Assembly: GCA_029775855.1 (NCBI GenBank)
Contig: JARVJZ010000002.1
Coordinates: forward strand, 1 to 64,000
Origin: Nitrososphaeria archaeon
GTDB lineage: Archaea > Thermoproteota > Nitrososphaeria > Nitrososphaerales > JAAOZN01
Direction of reading: 5' to 3'
Length of the DNA stretch: 64,000 bases
Part shown: positions 28,604 through 37,348 of the stretch, in pieces
Position numbering within the stretch: the stretch's first letter is position 1
Layout: the number at the start of each line of letters is the position of its first letter
Program-made: the position numbers and the translations under genes
Notes under the pieces: generated by a model
What the model was told of the DNA's origin: nothing
The model's database searches: none
Seen by the model: the letters and a program-made list of their open reading frames with translations, nothing else

Positions 28604-30098
28604 AAGCTTCTTAAGAAGAGGTAGACTGCCAACTGAGATGGATAAGCAGGCATTAGAGTATACGAGCTCCATAGCGGTCGATAAAGAGATCTTTGAGGCA
28701 GACCTTAAGGTGACTGAAGCTCATGTTGCGATGCTTATTAATCAGAAGATAATTCCTTCCGAAGCCGGTGCAAAGATACTTTCTGCGCTAGCTAAGATAA
28801 GGGCTCAAGGGTATAATGAGCTAGCGAAGAGCAGCTTCGAAGATATACATGAAGCGATAGAATCTAAGGTTATAGAGATGGTTGGTGAGCATCAAGGTGG
28901 GTGGGTTCATACCGGCAGATCGAGGAACGACGAAGTAGCTACTTGCCTTAGAATTAGATTGAGGGAGTATCTTATAGAGATCTCAGAAAGCCTCATTAAC
29001 TTACTACAAACACTATTAGAGAAAGCTCGGAGTGAAAAAGACGCATTAGCACCAGCGTTTACTCACACTCAGATAGCCCAACCTACAACTTTCGGGCACA
29101 TACTATTAGCGCACTTTAACGCTTTAGCACGGAACCTAACCAGATTGCTTGAAGTCTACAACAGAGTAAACCAATCACCACTAGGTTCAGGTGCTTTAAC
29201 AACCACAAGCTACAACATAGATAGGCGACTAACAGCAGACCTCCTCGGCTTCAATAACATACTAGACAACTCTATTGATGCAGTAGGTTCAAGAGACTTT
29301 ATCTTAGAAGCTATGGCTACATACACACTCCTAGCTACAGATATAAGCAGACTTTGTGAAGAGTTGATACTCTTTAGCTCAGACGGCTACAGAATGGTTG
29401 AGTTGGCTGACGAGTATTCTTCGACAAGCAGCATAATGCCTCAGAAGAAAAATCCAGACACAGCAGAAGTAGCCCGCGCCAGATGTGCTCAGATAGTGGG
29501 TATGCTCACAGCAGCATTCACGCTCTGCAAAGGGCTGCCGTTTTCATATAACAGAGACCTACAAGAGCTTAACAAACTACTCTGGCACAGCTCTAGAACG
29601 ATCTTAGATACACTTAAGATAGTTGAGAAGATTGTTGCTACACTTAAGGTTAATAGAAGTAGGATGAGGCAGCTCGTAGAGCAGAGCTATTCAACTACTA
29701 CCGAGTTGGCTGATACAATCGTAAGAGAAAGTGGAATACCATTCAGAGCAGCGCATACAATAGTAGGTTTGGCGGTTAAAAAAGCGTTAGAGAAAGGTAT
29801 TGAACCCAATAAACTAAACCTCAAAATGATAAACACATGCTCCAAGAAGGTCTTAGGTCGCGCCTTAAATATATCTGAGGAGGCTATTAGAAACGCACTA
29901 GACCCCGCCACATTCATTAGCCGACGACGCGTAGAAGGTGGTCCAGCATTAGAGACGCTTAGCAAAGCTTTCAGCGATAAACAGCTCTGGTTGAAAGAGA
30001 AAATCGCCTTAATTAAAAAAGTAAAAACTGAGTTAGAAAAAGCAGACAACAAGCTTAGAAAAACAGTGGCAGAATACACCACACCTACAGTATCCTAA
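28587..30098 (+). CDS. argH: argininosuccinate lyase
   Basis: EDIHEAIE, HTGRSRNDEVAT, SPLGSGAL, STSSIMPQKKNPD, YNRDLQE. Confidence 0.95.
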   Translation: MNSVSKSFLRRGRLPTEMDKQALEYTSSIAVDKEIFEADLKVTEAHVAMLINQKIIPSEAGAKILSALAKIRAQGYNELAKSSFEDIHEAIESKVIEMVGEHQGGWVHTGRSRNDEVATCLRIRLREYLIEISESLINLLQTLLEKARSEKDALAPAFTHTQIAQPTTFGHILLAHFNALARNLTRLLEVYNRVNQSPLGSGALTTTSYNIDRRLTADLLGFNNILDNSIDAVGSRDFILEAMATYTLLATDISRLCEELILFSSDGYRMVELADEYSSTSSIMPQKKNPDTAEVARARCAQIVGMLTAAFTLCKGLPFSYNRDLQELNKLLWHSSRTILDTLKIVEKIVATLKVNRSRMRQLVEQSYSTTTELADTIVRESGIPFRAAHTIVGLAVKKALEKGIEPNKLNLKMINTCSKKVLGRALNISEEAIRNALDPATFISRRRVEGGPALETLSKAFSDKQLWLKEKIALIKKVKTELEKADNKLRKTVAEYTTPTVS

Positions 30099-31050
30099 CT
30101 TCACCGCCAACAACAGACTCGATTACACTAACCCCTAAAGAGAGAAGTCTAGATTTAACATAACTCAAATCCTCGGGATAAGTGTTCACGAAGACAGAAG
30201 GACCAGTCTGCATGGAGAAGAAGACAGCCTTACCCTCTTGTCGAAGCTCTCGCACACACTTAATCACTTTTAAAGATTGGGGTTCATAGACTATTAGCCC
30301 TTGTCTACCTGTTTGGATAAGCGCGTGTAGCTCAAGAGTATCCCTCTCAGCTAACATGCCTACCCGCACTAGGTCACCTTCCAGAATAGCGCGATGTATC
30401 TCCTCAACCCTATTCTGAGCAGACCTTACACGCACTTCAAAGAATGGTGAAGCAGTAACATCCTCGTGCACAACATCAGTCCTAATACTCGATTGAACAG
30501 GCACAACCAACATCCCAAGGTCAAGTGTAGACCTGTCTCCTATCTGCACAGCGTATGACGATTGATCATCTACACCAGCATACCACCTAGCGTAACCCCC
30601 AACTGCACTCTTACAAGCAGAGCCAGCAAGAAGCCGAGCCAACCTAGATATGAGAGTTATATCCCAACCTCGCTCTTTGGCTAAGCCGGATGCAGAGTAA
30701 GCGGCTGCTGCGAGGGCTGCTCCTCCTGAAGATGAAAAACCAAGCCCCTTCGACTCACTGTATGTTAGGCTGTTAACTGAAATCACTTTAGCGCGGTAAG
30801 TTATACCGCTGAGCTGCCTTACCTTATCTAGAACTATTTGGCACCTCCTCAACTCCTGTTGAGACGCTTTTACACCATTGATCCAAAATTCATCATCGGC
30901 AAATTCCCCAAATTCGACTTCAGTTTCCGTCCAGAGCGCTTCAACATTTACAGAGATACTATCGTGATAAGGTATGCGTAGAATTCGGTCTCTTAACCCG
31001 TGATACTTAACCAACCCCTGCATTGGATGAGCCCTAGCCTTAGCCTTCAA
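30085..31050 (-). CDS. mvaD: GHMP-family (phospho)mevalonate decarboxylase, haloarchaeal PMD-like
   Basis: MKAKARAHPMQGLVKYHGLRD...PYHDSISV, GLGFSSSGGAALAAA, SMQTGPSVFVNT; TTG start at 31050 preferred. Confidence 0.8.
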   Translation of the reverse strand: MKAKARAHPMQGLVKYHGLRDRILRIPYHDSISVNVEALWTETEVEFGEFADDEFWINGVKASQQELRRCQIVLDKVRQLSGITYRAKVISVNSLTYSESKGLGFSSSGGAALAAAAYSASGLAKERGWDITLISRLARLLAGSACKSAVGGYARWYAGVDDQSSYAVQIGDRSTLDLGMLVVPVQSSIRTDVVHEDVTASPFFEVRVRSAQNRVEEIHRAILEGDLVRVGMLAERDTLELHALIQTGRQGLIVYEPQSLKVIKCVRELRQEGKAVFFSMQTGPSVFVNTYPEDLSYVKSRLLSLGVSVIESVVGGEVRIL

Positions 31051-31090
31051 CCAATCAACTATACGGAGAAGCGTTCTAAAAATATGGCGT

Positions 31091-31513
31091 CTAAACCTCC
31101 ACCTCAATGAGAAGAAAACCTACCGAGTTCGCGGTCTTCAAGACACCCACAATCTCCCTCGGAATATCAGCCGCAGCTACATTCGCTCTAATCGCGAGCG
31201 TCCTTGGGCATACATATTCGCTTCGTCTAATAACAACATCTTCCTCATGTGTGAGTATCAAATTAGGTGAACCTTCTGCTGAGAAACTGAACACCAACCC
31301 ACCTACCATAAGAGTAAAGGATATAGAAGACGCTCTCCTTAAGGCGTCTTTGAATGTTTGATCCAGATCTACACAAGCCTTATCAGCGCCAACGCCGATG
31401 ATGCAGTCTCCTCTATGTGTGAGGTGCGTAGATTTTGTGATTTCGAGGGTTGTCTTGTGTGTTGCACAGATATTCCTATGCCCGCTGAACTTGATGCGCT
31501 CGAAAACCCTCAA
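31091..31513 (-). CDS. DUF371 family protein
   Basis: GHRNICATHKTTLEITK, GDCIIGVGADK, VIRRSEY..PRTLAIRAN. Confidence 0.85.
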   Translation of the reverse strand: MRVFERIKFSGHRNICATHKTTLEITKSTHLTHRGDCIIGVGADKACVDLDQTFKDALRRASSISFTLMVGGLVFSFSAEGSPNLILTHEEDVVIRRSEYVCPRTLAIRANVAAADIPREIVGVLKTANSVGFLLIEVEV

Positions 31514-31578
31514 TCCTTACACCTTAATGTCAATGTTTAAATTTACCTTTTAAGAAAGGATAGATAAGGGATATTATT

Positions 31579-32313
31579 ATGTTTCCGGCAGCGGCAGGCT
31601 ATGATAGAGCAATTACAGTATTCTCACCAGACGGTAGGTTATATCAAGTAGAATACGCGATAGAAACTGTAAGAAGAGGCACTCTGGCGGTTGGAATAAA
31701 GGCAGCAAATGGTGTCGTACTAGCTGTAGAAGAGAAGACCAGAAAACTTCAGAGCCAAACTAACGCACAGAAGATCTTTCAAGTCGATGAACATATAGCT
31801 GTAGCAGCGGCTGGCTACATACCAGACGCGAGGGTTCAAGTAGACCAAGCGAGGATATTTGCTCAGAGCAATAGGCTCGTCTATGATGAGCCAGCTGAAG
31901 TCGAGACTATAGCCAGAAGAATAGCTGATATATGCCAGCAGTTTACACAATACGCAGGTGTCAGACCATTTGGTGTCTCACTTATTATAGCTGGTGTAGA
32001 TCGAAATGGGCCCTCACTCTATCTAACAGATCCAAGCGGAACCTATCTTGGATATGAAGCTGTAGCGATTGGTGCTGGAAGCGACCAAGTTATGGAATAC
32101 CTTGAACAGAACTATCAGCCTAACAAAAAGCTCGAAGAAATGTGCATACTCGCAATAGAAGCAATTTACACTGTAAGCGAAGATAAATCTGGAATAAAAC
32201 ACATAAAGATAGCAGTAGTAGATACCGCATCAAAGAAGATGCGTTTCCTTACAGAGAAAGAAATAGAAGAGCTAGCCAGCAAAGCTAGAAATCGCGAAAA
32301 ACCTAAGCAATAA
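31579..32313 (+). CDS. psmA: proteasome alpha subunit
   Basis: YDRAITVFSPDGRLYQVEYA, RPFGVSL, TDPSG. Confidence 0.96.
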   Translation: MFPAAAGYDRAITVFSPDGRLYQVEYAIETVRRGTLAVGIKAANGVVLAVEEKTRKLQSQTNAQKIFQVDEHIAVAAAGYIPDARVQVDQARIFAQSNRLVYDEPAEVETIARRIADICQQFTQYAGVRPFGVSLIIAGVDRNGPSLYLTDPSGTYLGYEAVAIGAGSDQVMEYLEQNYQPNKKLEEMCILAIEAIYTVSEDKSGIKHIKIAVVDTASKKMRFLTEKEIEELASKARNREKPKQ

Positions 32314-32389
32314 ACTACATTGAAAACTTAAGGAACCAATTTATATAGCCTACCCTATTATCTTCTGCCTAAGTAGAAGGGTTAAAAGC

Positions 32390-33082
32390 ATGTCTACAAA
32401 ATATACTATAGTTCGGCTCACATTAGGTGGTGAGCATTTTGAGATACTAGTAAATCCTGACGCTGCGTTAAATTACAAGATGGGTAAAAGTATACCGCCT
32501 TCCCAAGTAATAGCTGTTGATGAAATTTACTCAGATGCTTCAAAAGGTTTGCGTGTATCTTCAGAAAAGCTTCAGAAGTACTTCCAGACGACCAACATAA
32601 CGCAAGCAGCAGTAATAATTCTGAATAAAGGGGAACTCCAGCTAACTACTGAGCAGAGAAGGAAACTTGTTAGTGATAAAAAGAAGCAGATAATAGAGAT
32701 CATATCTAGAAACTACATCGACCCTAGGACAGGGTTACCACACCCTCCTCTAAGAATAGAGCAAGCGCTCCAAGAAGCGAAGGTATCTATCGACCCATTT
32801 AAAAGCGCTGAAGAGCAGACCAAGACAATAGTAGAGCAGTTGAGAACCATCCTTCCACTTAAATCAGAAAGAATCAGACTTTTAATCAGAGTACCCCCTC
32901 AATATGCGCCTCAAAGCGTAGGTATAATAAAGAATTATGGTGAAATAGTTAAAGAAGAATGGGGGGAAGACGGCTCTATGACAGCAGTGGTAGACATACC
33001 AGCAGGTATACATTCAACACTAGTAGATAAACTCGGTTCAGCAACAAAAGGCTCAGCCCAAATATCAGTAGCAAAGGTTTAA
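32390..33082 (+). CDS. ribosome maturation factor SBDS/Sdo1
   Basis: [33 protein letters not shown]. Confidence 0.93.
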   Translation: MSTKYTIVRLTLGGEHFEILVNPDAALNYKMGKSIPPSQVIAVDEIYSDASKGLRVSSEKLQKYFQTTNITQAAVIILNKGELQLTTEQRRKLVSDKKKQIIEIISRNYIDPRTGLPHPPLRIEQALQEAKVSIDPFKSAEEQTKTIVEQLRTILPLKSERIRLLIRVPPQYAPQSVGIIKNYGEIVKEEWGEDGSMTAVVDIPAGIHSTLVDKLGSATKGSAQISVAKV

Positions 33083-33087
33083 CGAAA

Positions 33088-33786
33088 ATGCCCGAAGTCA
33101 AAAGAAAATATGTTATACCAGGTGAGCTGATAACCGAAGGCAACTACAGAATTATAGCTAACGTAATCAAAAGAGGCAACAAGTTCTACTCAACTAGAAT
33201 AGGCTTAGCAGAGTATGGACAAGAAGGTGTAAAGGTCATACCGCTAACAGGACCGTATGTTCCGAAGGTAGATGACCTTGTGATAGGTAAGATCGTAGAT
33301 TACTCAGCCTTCGCTTGGGAAGTAGATATCAACTCCTGCTTCATGGCTTATCTACCTGCTAGAAATGTATATGGTAAAAATTTTACACCTGGGCAAGAAT
33401 CGCTAGTTAAGCGGTTTAATATAGGTGATTTGATAGCAGCTGTTGTTACAGCCTTTGATCGGACAAGAGACCCTATACTCTCGGTCGCTGGTCCTGGTTT
33501 GGGTAAAATCTCGAAGGGTGAAGTGGTTAAGATATCGCCTACTAAGGTTCCTAGGCTTATAGGTAAGAAGGGGTCTATGATAAGGACAATAGAGTCTGGG
33601 ACTGGTTGTAAACTTATGATAGGACAGAACGGTATAGTAGTTTTGAGTGGGAAGCCCGAAGGGATAATAAAGGCTGTGAAGGCGATAAGGCTGGTTGAGG
33701 AGGAGGCGCATTTAGCTGATTTAACGCAGAAGGTTCAAGCTATGCTCGGGATTAAAGAGGAGGGGGGTAAAGAAGGAGATGGGTAA
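33088..33786 (+). CDS. rrp4: exosome RNA-binding subunit Rrp4
   Basis: [23 protein letters not shown] (S1), [12 protein letters not shown] (KH). Confidence 0.93.
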   Translation: MPEVKRKYVIPGELITEGNYRIIANVIKRGNKFYSTRIGLAEYGQEGVKVIPLTGPYVPKVDDLVIGKIVDYSAFAWEVDINSCFMAYLPARNVYGKNFTPGQESLVKRFNIGDLIAAVVTAFDRTRDPILSVAGPGLGKISKGEVVKISPTKVPRLIGKKGSMIRTIESGTGCKLMIGQNGIVVLSGKPEGIIKAVKAIRLVEEEAHLADLTQKVQAMLGIKEEGGKEGDG

Positions 33787-34504
33787 ACTGATAAACAATG
33801 GAATACGACTAGATGGTAGAAGAGTAGATGAACTTAGACCATATAAACTTGAGGTGGGTGTACTAAAGAACGCAGACGGCTCAGCATACATAGAGCTAGG
33901 AAAGAACAAGATCATAGTAGCTGTCTACGGACCAAAAGAGGTGCACCCTAAGCATATAGCTCTACCTGATAGATGTGTAATTAGATGTAGATATCATATG
34001 TCACCCTTCTCAACTGATGTAAGGAAGACACCAGCTCCTTCGAGGAGAGAGATAGAGATCTCAAAGGTGATTAGAGAAGCACTTGAACCCACTATATTAG
34101 TTGAAGAGTATCCGAGAACTGCGATAGATATCTTCTTAGAGGTGCTTCAATCTGACGGTGGCTCAAGGTGTGCTGGAATAACCGCTGCCGCGCTTGCTTT
34201 AGCAGACGCTGGCATAAGCATGTGCGACCTTGTGGTTGCTTGCGCAGCTGGGAAGGTGGATGGCACTATGGTTTTAGATCTAAGTGATATTGAGGATAAA
34301 GAGGGGGAAGCGGATATGCCAGTAGCAGTTATGCCTAACCTTGGCATAATAACTTTACTACAGCTTGACGGTATACTTACACACGAAGAGTTTAAGCAGG
34401 GAATAGACTTGGCTCTAGAGGGCTGTAGAAGGCTACATGAGGCTCAACGCAAAGCTCTGATGGACAGATACTTCAAAACAGCCCCTAATCAAGAGGTTGA
34501 ATAG
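33779..34504 (+). CDS. rrp41: exosome phosphorolytic subunit Rrp41
   Basis: [35 protein letters not shown]. Confidence 0.95.
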   Translation: MGKLINNGIRLDGRRVDELRPYKLEVGVLKNADGSAYIELGKNKIIVAVYGPKEVHPKHIALPDRCVIRCRYHMSPFSTDVRKTPAPSRREIEISKVIREALEPTILVEEYPRTAIDIFLEVLQSDGGSRCAGITAAALALADAGISMCDLVVACAAGKVDGTMVLDLSDIEDKEGEADMPVAVMPNLGIITLLQLDGILTHEEFKQGIDLALEGCRRLHEAQRKALMDRYFKTAPNQEVE

Positions 34505-35333
34505 TTTGGCTGCGGCTAAGAAGTCGTTCATAATGGAGCATCTAAGGAAGGCTCATATGATAGAACTGCTAGCAAAAGGGAGACGGCTAGATGGAAGAGA
34601 ACTTTTAGACTACAGACCCATAGAGATAAAGTGCAACATCATCCAGAAGGCAAACGGCTCAGCTCAAGTCAACTTAGGCAACACTCAAGTTATAGCCGGC
34701 GTGAAGATAGAGGTTGGAGCACCCTTCCCAGACACACCAGATAAAGGGTTGCTGGTTGTAAACGCTGAAATCCTACCCTTAGCATCACCCTACGCTGAAC
34801 CCGGGCCGCCTGATGAAGAAGCAATTGAACTCTCAAGGGTAGTTGATAGGGGTGTAAGAGAATCCGGCATGATTGATCTATCCAAGCTTGTGCTCATACC
34901 AGGGCAGAAGGTTAGGGCAGTGTTTGTGGATGTCAGCGTGTTAAATGTTGATGGGAATCTTATTGACGCTACTAGCTACGCTGTTGTTTCTGCGCTTATG
35001 ACTACAAAGATGCCTGTGTTAGAGGTCTCTGAGGGTGGAGGGATAGTTGAGAAGGCGGAGTATATTCCGCTTCCCTTTTCTACAATACCTGTTTCTGTCA
35101 CATTCGCTAGAATAGGTGATTCATTGATTGTTGACCCAGACTCAGAGGAGGAGTCTGTTATGGATGCTAGGATAACTTTAACTACCGTCGAAGGCGGTCA
35201 TCTATGCGCTGGGCAGAAAGGGTTGGCTGGTGGATTAACATATGAGCAGATTATGTTTGCAGCCGAGACCGCTAAAATTAAAGGGCAAGAGATAAGAGAG
35301 GTCATTAAGAAGGCGGTGGCTAGCGTTGGTTAG
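34497..35333 (+). CDS. rrp42: exosome subunit Rrp42
   Basis: [39 protein letters not shown]. Confidence 0.95.
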   Translation: MNSLAAAKKSFIMEHLRKAHMIELLAKGRRLDGRELLDYRPIEIKCNIIQKANGSAQVNLGNTQVIAGVKIEVGAPFPDTPDKGLLVVNAEILPLASPYAEPGPPDEEAIELSRVVDRGVRESGMIDLSKLVLIPGQKVRAVFVDVSVLNVDGNLIDATSYAVVSALMTTKMPVLEVSEGGGIVEKAEYIPLPFSTIPVSVTFARIGDSLIVDPDSEEESVMDARITLTTVEGGHLCAGQKGLAGGLTYEQIMFAAETAKIKGQEIREVIKKAVASVG

Positions 35334-35535
35334 AGGCAAAGAGAAGCTGCTTAAAGGCTTAGGGATAAAGTATGGCAGAACCCTAAGGATGAGATACAGT
35401 AGAATATACTTTCTACTTAAGAGCAAAAGAAGATGTCCTTCCTGCGGCGCTCTAAAGATGCGCCGTAAAGTTAGTGGTATCTGGTGCTGCTTAAAATGTG
35501 GGCATGAAGTTGCCGGAGGAGCATACGATTTCTAA
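35326..35535 (+). CDS. rpl37ae: 50S ribosomal protein L37ae (eL43)
   Basis: GIKYGRTLR, CPSC...GIWCCLKC zinc finger, AGGAY; conserved position after rrp42. Confidence 0.88.
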   Translation: MVRGKEKLLKGLGIKYGRTLRMRYSRIYFLLKSKRRCPSCGALKMRRKVSGIWCCLKCGHEVAGGAYDF

Positions 35536-35779
35536 TATTAACATAGCAGCCACCATACAAATAACTTCTGTAAAAGAGGAGACCTCAGCCATCTACAAGG
35601 CGCTCCTTCCAGAAGCTGGTGTTGAGAGTAGGCGTAGAGCATCTATCAACTTGAAACATGAAGATAGGTGCTTGACGATTGAAATTAGTGCCCAAGATCT
35701 ATCTACTCTAAGGGCGCTAGTAGGCTCATACCTTAGGCTGGTAAAAGCGGCGTCAACAGTAATAGAAAAGGTAAAATAA
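35498..35779 (+). CDS. pcc1: KEOPS subunit Pcc1-like
   Basis: IYKALLPE, IEISAQDLSTLRALVGSYLRLV; conserved position after rpl37ae; start codon uncertain. Confidence 0.75.
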   Translation: MGMKLPEEHTISNINIAATIQITSVKEETSAIYKALLPEAGVESRRRASINLKHEDRCLTIEISAQDLSTLRALVGSYLRLVKAASTVIEKVK

Positions 35780-35834
35780 TACAAAAGATGTGAGCGTAAA
35801 ACTTAAAGTCGAGCCCAAGTCATCTAAACATAGA

Positions 35835-35972
35835 CCCGCGGTAGCTCAGCTTGGTAGAGCTTCCGACCCTTCAGAAGGGGGAGACGCTGTAGTGGCTTGC
35901 CTAGGCAAGCCTCACCAGCCTACCAAGCTCACAGATACCGGAGTGTCGCAGGTTCAAATCCTGCCCGCGGGA
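35835..35972 (+). tRNA. tRNA-Tyr(GTA) with two introns: 35866-35885 (position 30/31) and 35893-35936 (position 37/38)
   Basis: acceptor CCCGCGG/CCGCGGG-A (C1-G72, A73, archaeal Tyr identity), D arm GCTC/GAGC, T arm GCAGG-TTCAAAT-CCTGC; removing both inserts gives anticodon arm TCCGG-CT-GTA-GA-CCGGA; both junction pairs fold as bulge-helix-bulge. Confidence 0.93.
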
Positions 35973-36010
35973 CCTAACCTTTTCATTATCCGTATACCTA
36001 GTCATACGAT

Positions 36011-36198
36011 TTGAGAATAAAGAAGAGTTTAACTCAACAGCAGATTGCTGACCTTTGCTTTACTCAAAACTTAAGTTGGAGATTGAGTCGAAGATACTTG
36101 AACTCTTCAAGGAGATTCTAAGCTTGCCAGAGAGTGATAAAAGGGCTATAATCAATGCCTACCTTAAGATTAAAGAGAGAAGCGAAAGGGGAGACTAG
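36011..36198 (+). pseudogene. remnant of an XRE/Cro-like HTH gene
   Basis: one frame reads LRIKKSLTQQQIADLC (HTH_3 start); another reads LEIESKILELFKEILSLPESDKRAIINAYLKIKERSERGD*; consistent with deletion or frameshift. Confidence 0.4.
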
Positions 36199-36236
36199 AA
36201 AGATCGTAAATGTTTAAATTTGGTTGATCTTAATTT

Positions 36237-36542
36237 ATGATGTGTAATATGAAAAGTCTTGAAGAGATAAAAAGGATTTTAGCAGAGCATAAAGAAGAGT
36301 TAAGACAAAAATATAAGGTAAAAGAGATAGGGATCTTTGGTTCTTTTGTTAGAGGCGAGCACAGAAAAAAAAGCGATATTGACCTATTGGTCGAGTTTGA
36401 AGAATCCCCAAGCCTCTTTGAATTTATGGATTTGGAAGAATACTTGAGTAAAATGCTTGGGTTAAAGGTTGACCTTGTCTCAAAAGCTGCTTTAAAACCG
36501 AGAATCGGAGAATATATTTTAAAAGAAGTCGTTTATTTATGA
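36237..36542 (+). CDS. minimal nucleotidyltransferase antitoxin (MntA-like)
   Basis: IGIFGSFVRGEHRKKSDIDLLV = GSx10DxD; KVDLV; 4-nt overlap with the HEPN gene. Confidence 0.9.
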   Translation: MMCNMKSLEEIKRILAEHKEELRQKYKVKEIGIFGSFVRGEHRKKSDIDLLVEFEESPSLFEFMDLEEYLSKMLGLKVDLVSKAALKPRIGEYILKEVVYL

Positions 36543-36883
36543 GGAAAAGAGATTATAGGGATTACCTCAAAGACATAATTGATTCAATCAATGATATTGA
36601 GGATTTCACTAAAAACATGAATTTTGAAGAGTTTGCTAAAGATAAAAAGACGATAAACGCTGTGGTAAGGGGCATTGAAGTTATAGGAGAGGCAGCCAAA
36701 CACATACCTAGATCAATTAGAGACAAATATCCTTCCATCCCTTGGAAGAAGATGGCTGGAATGAGAGATAAAATGATTCATGAGTATTTTGGTGTTGATA
36801 TCAAAATCTTATGGAAGACGATAAAAAAGGATATTCCACAACTCAAGCCACTAATACAGAATGTTTTAGAAAGCCTTTGTTAA
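36539..36883 (+). CDS. HEPN/DUF86 ribonuclease toxin (HepT-like)
   Basis: IEVIGEAAK, IPWKKMAGMRDKMIHEYFGVD = Rx4HxY. Confidence 0.9.
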   Translation: MRKRDYRDYLKDIIDSINDIEDFTKNMNFEEFAKDKKTINAVVRGIEVIGEAAKHIPRSIRDKYPSIPWKKMAGMRDKMIHEYFGVDIKILWKTIKKDIPQLKPLIQNVLESLC

Positions 36884-36949
36884 AATTGTAACGGGTTATT
36901 GAAAAAGAGATTTGTAAGAAATATAGGTCAGACAACCTTGAACTTTCCC

Positions 36950-37255
36950 GAACTTTATTACCTTCTCTAAGTCTAATTCCATCTCTCAGCCTCTAGAGGC
37001 TCTTAGGATGCTTGACCATTTACAAAGGCAATCATTTACAATCTCGAAAATAGGCTTTGAAAGCTGATATGTGGTTAGTGACGTGATGAGAGGAGCAGCT
37101 TTCCTTTTTCTCTCGATGTAGTTAATATCTCTATCAATGCCAGAAACCATTCTTTTCAAAAAGGCTTCAACCCATCGAACATATTGACCAACAGTTCCTT
37201 TGCCTAAATCCAAGTTTGCCTGAGTGAACAGCCTGAAATCTCTTAAATCTTCCAC
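36950..37255 (-). pseudogene. frameshifted, truncated tyrosine integrase (N-terminal/core-binding region only)
   Basis: EDLRDFRLFTQANLDLGKGTVGQYVRWVEAFLK, then after a frameshift in an A/G run KESCSSHHVTNHISAFKAYFRDCK*; adjacent to attR; no catalytic domain visible; left end approximate. Confidence 0.6.
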
Positions 37256-37298
37256 TATTTTCTATTATTCTCTTATCAAGGTTTTCAGCCTCGAAATT

Positions 37299-37330
37299 GT
37301 GCCGCAGGTTCAAATCCTGCCCGCGAGACC
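37299..37330 (+). repeat. direct-repeat copy of tRNA-Tyr 3' end (attR)
   Basis: GTGCCGCAGGTTCAAATCCTGCCCGCGAGACC vs GTGTCGCAGGTTCAAATCCTGCCCGCGGGACC at 35943-35974. Confidence 0.9.
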
Positions 37331-37348
37331 AAGCTCAACAAAAGATCT

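Larger units (their letters stand above)
35943..37330. mobile_element. decayed tRNA-Tyr-integrated element (attL in tRNA 3' end, attR at 37299-37330)
   Basis: 32-nt direct repeat of the tRNA 3' end (2 mismatches) brackets an HTH remnant, an MNT-HEPN pair and an integrase remnant; interior is more AT-rich than its flanks. Confidence 0.8.

Noticed and set aside
35893-35936. Third, nested intron inside intron 2
   Set aside because: The alternative fold has 2-nt bulges on the wrong side of a 3-bp helix, so it is not a BHB.
35790-36014. 74-aa ORF in the ORF track
   Set aside because: It is a translation across the intron-containing tRNA-Tyr gene.
37328-37337. ACCAAGCTCA also present in tRNA intron 2 (35922-35931)
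   Set aside because: Only 10 nt, not collinear with the att repeat; plausibly chance.
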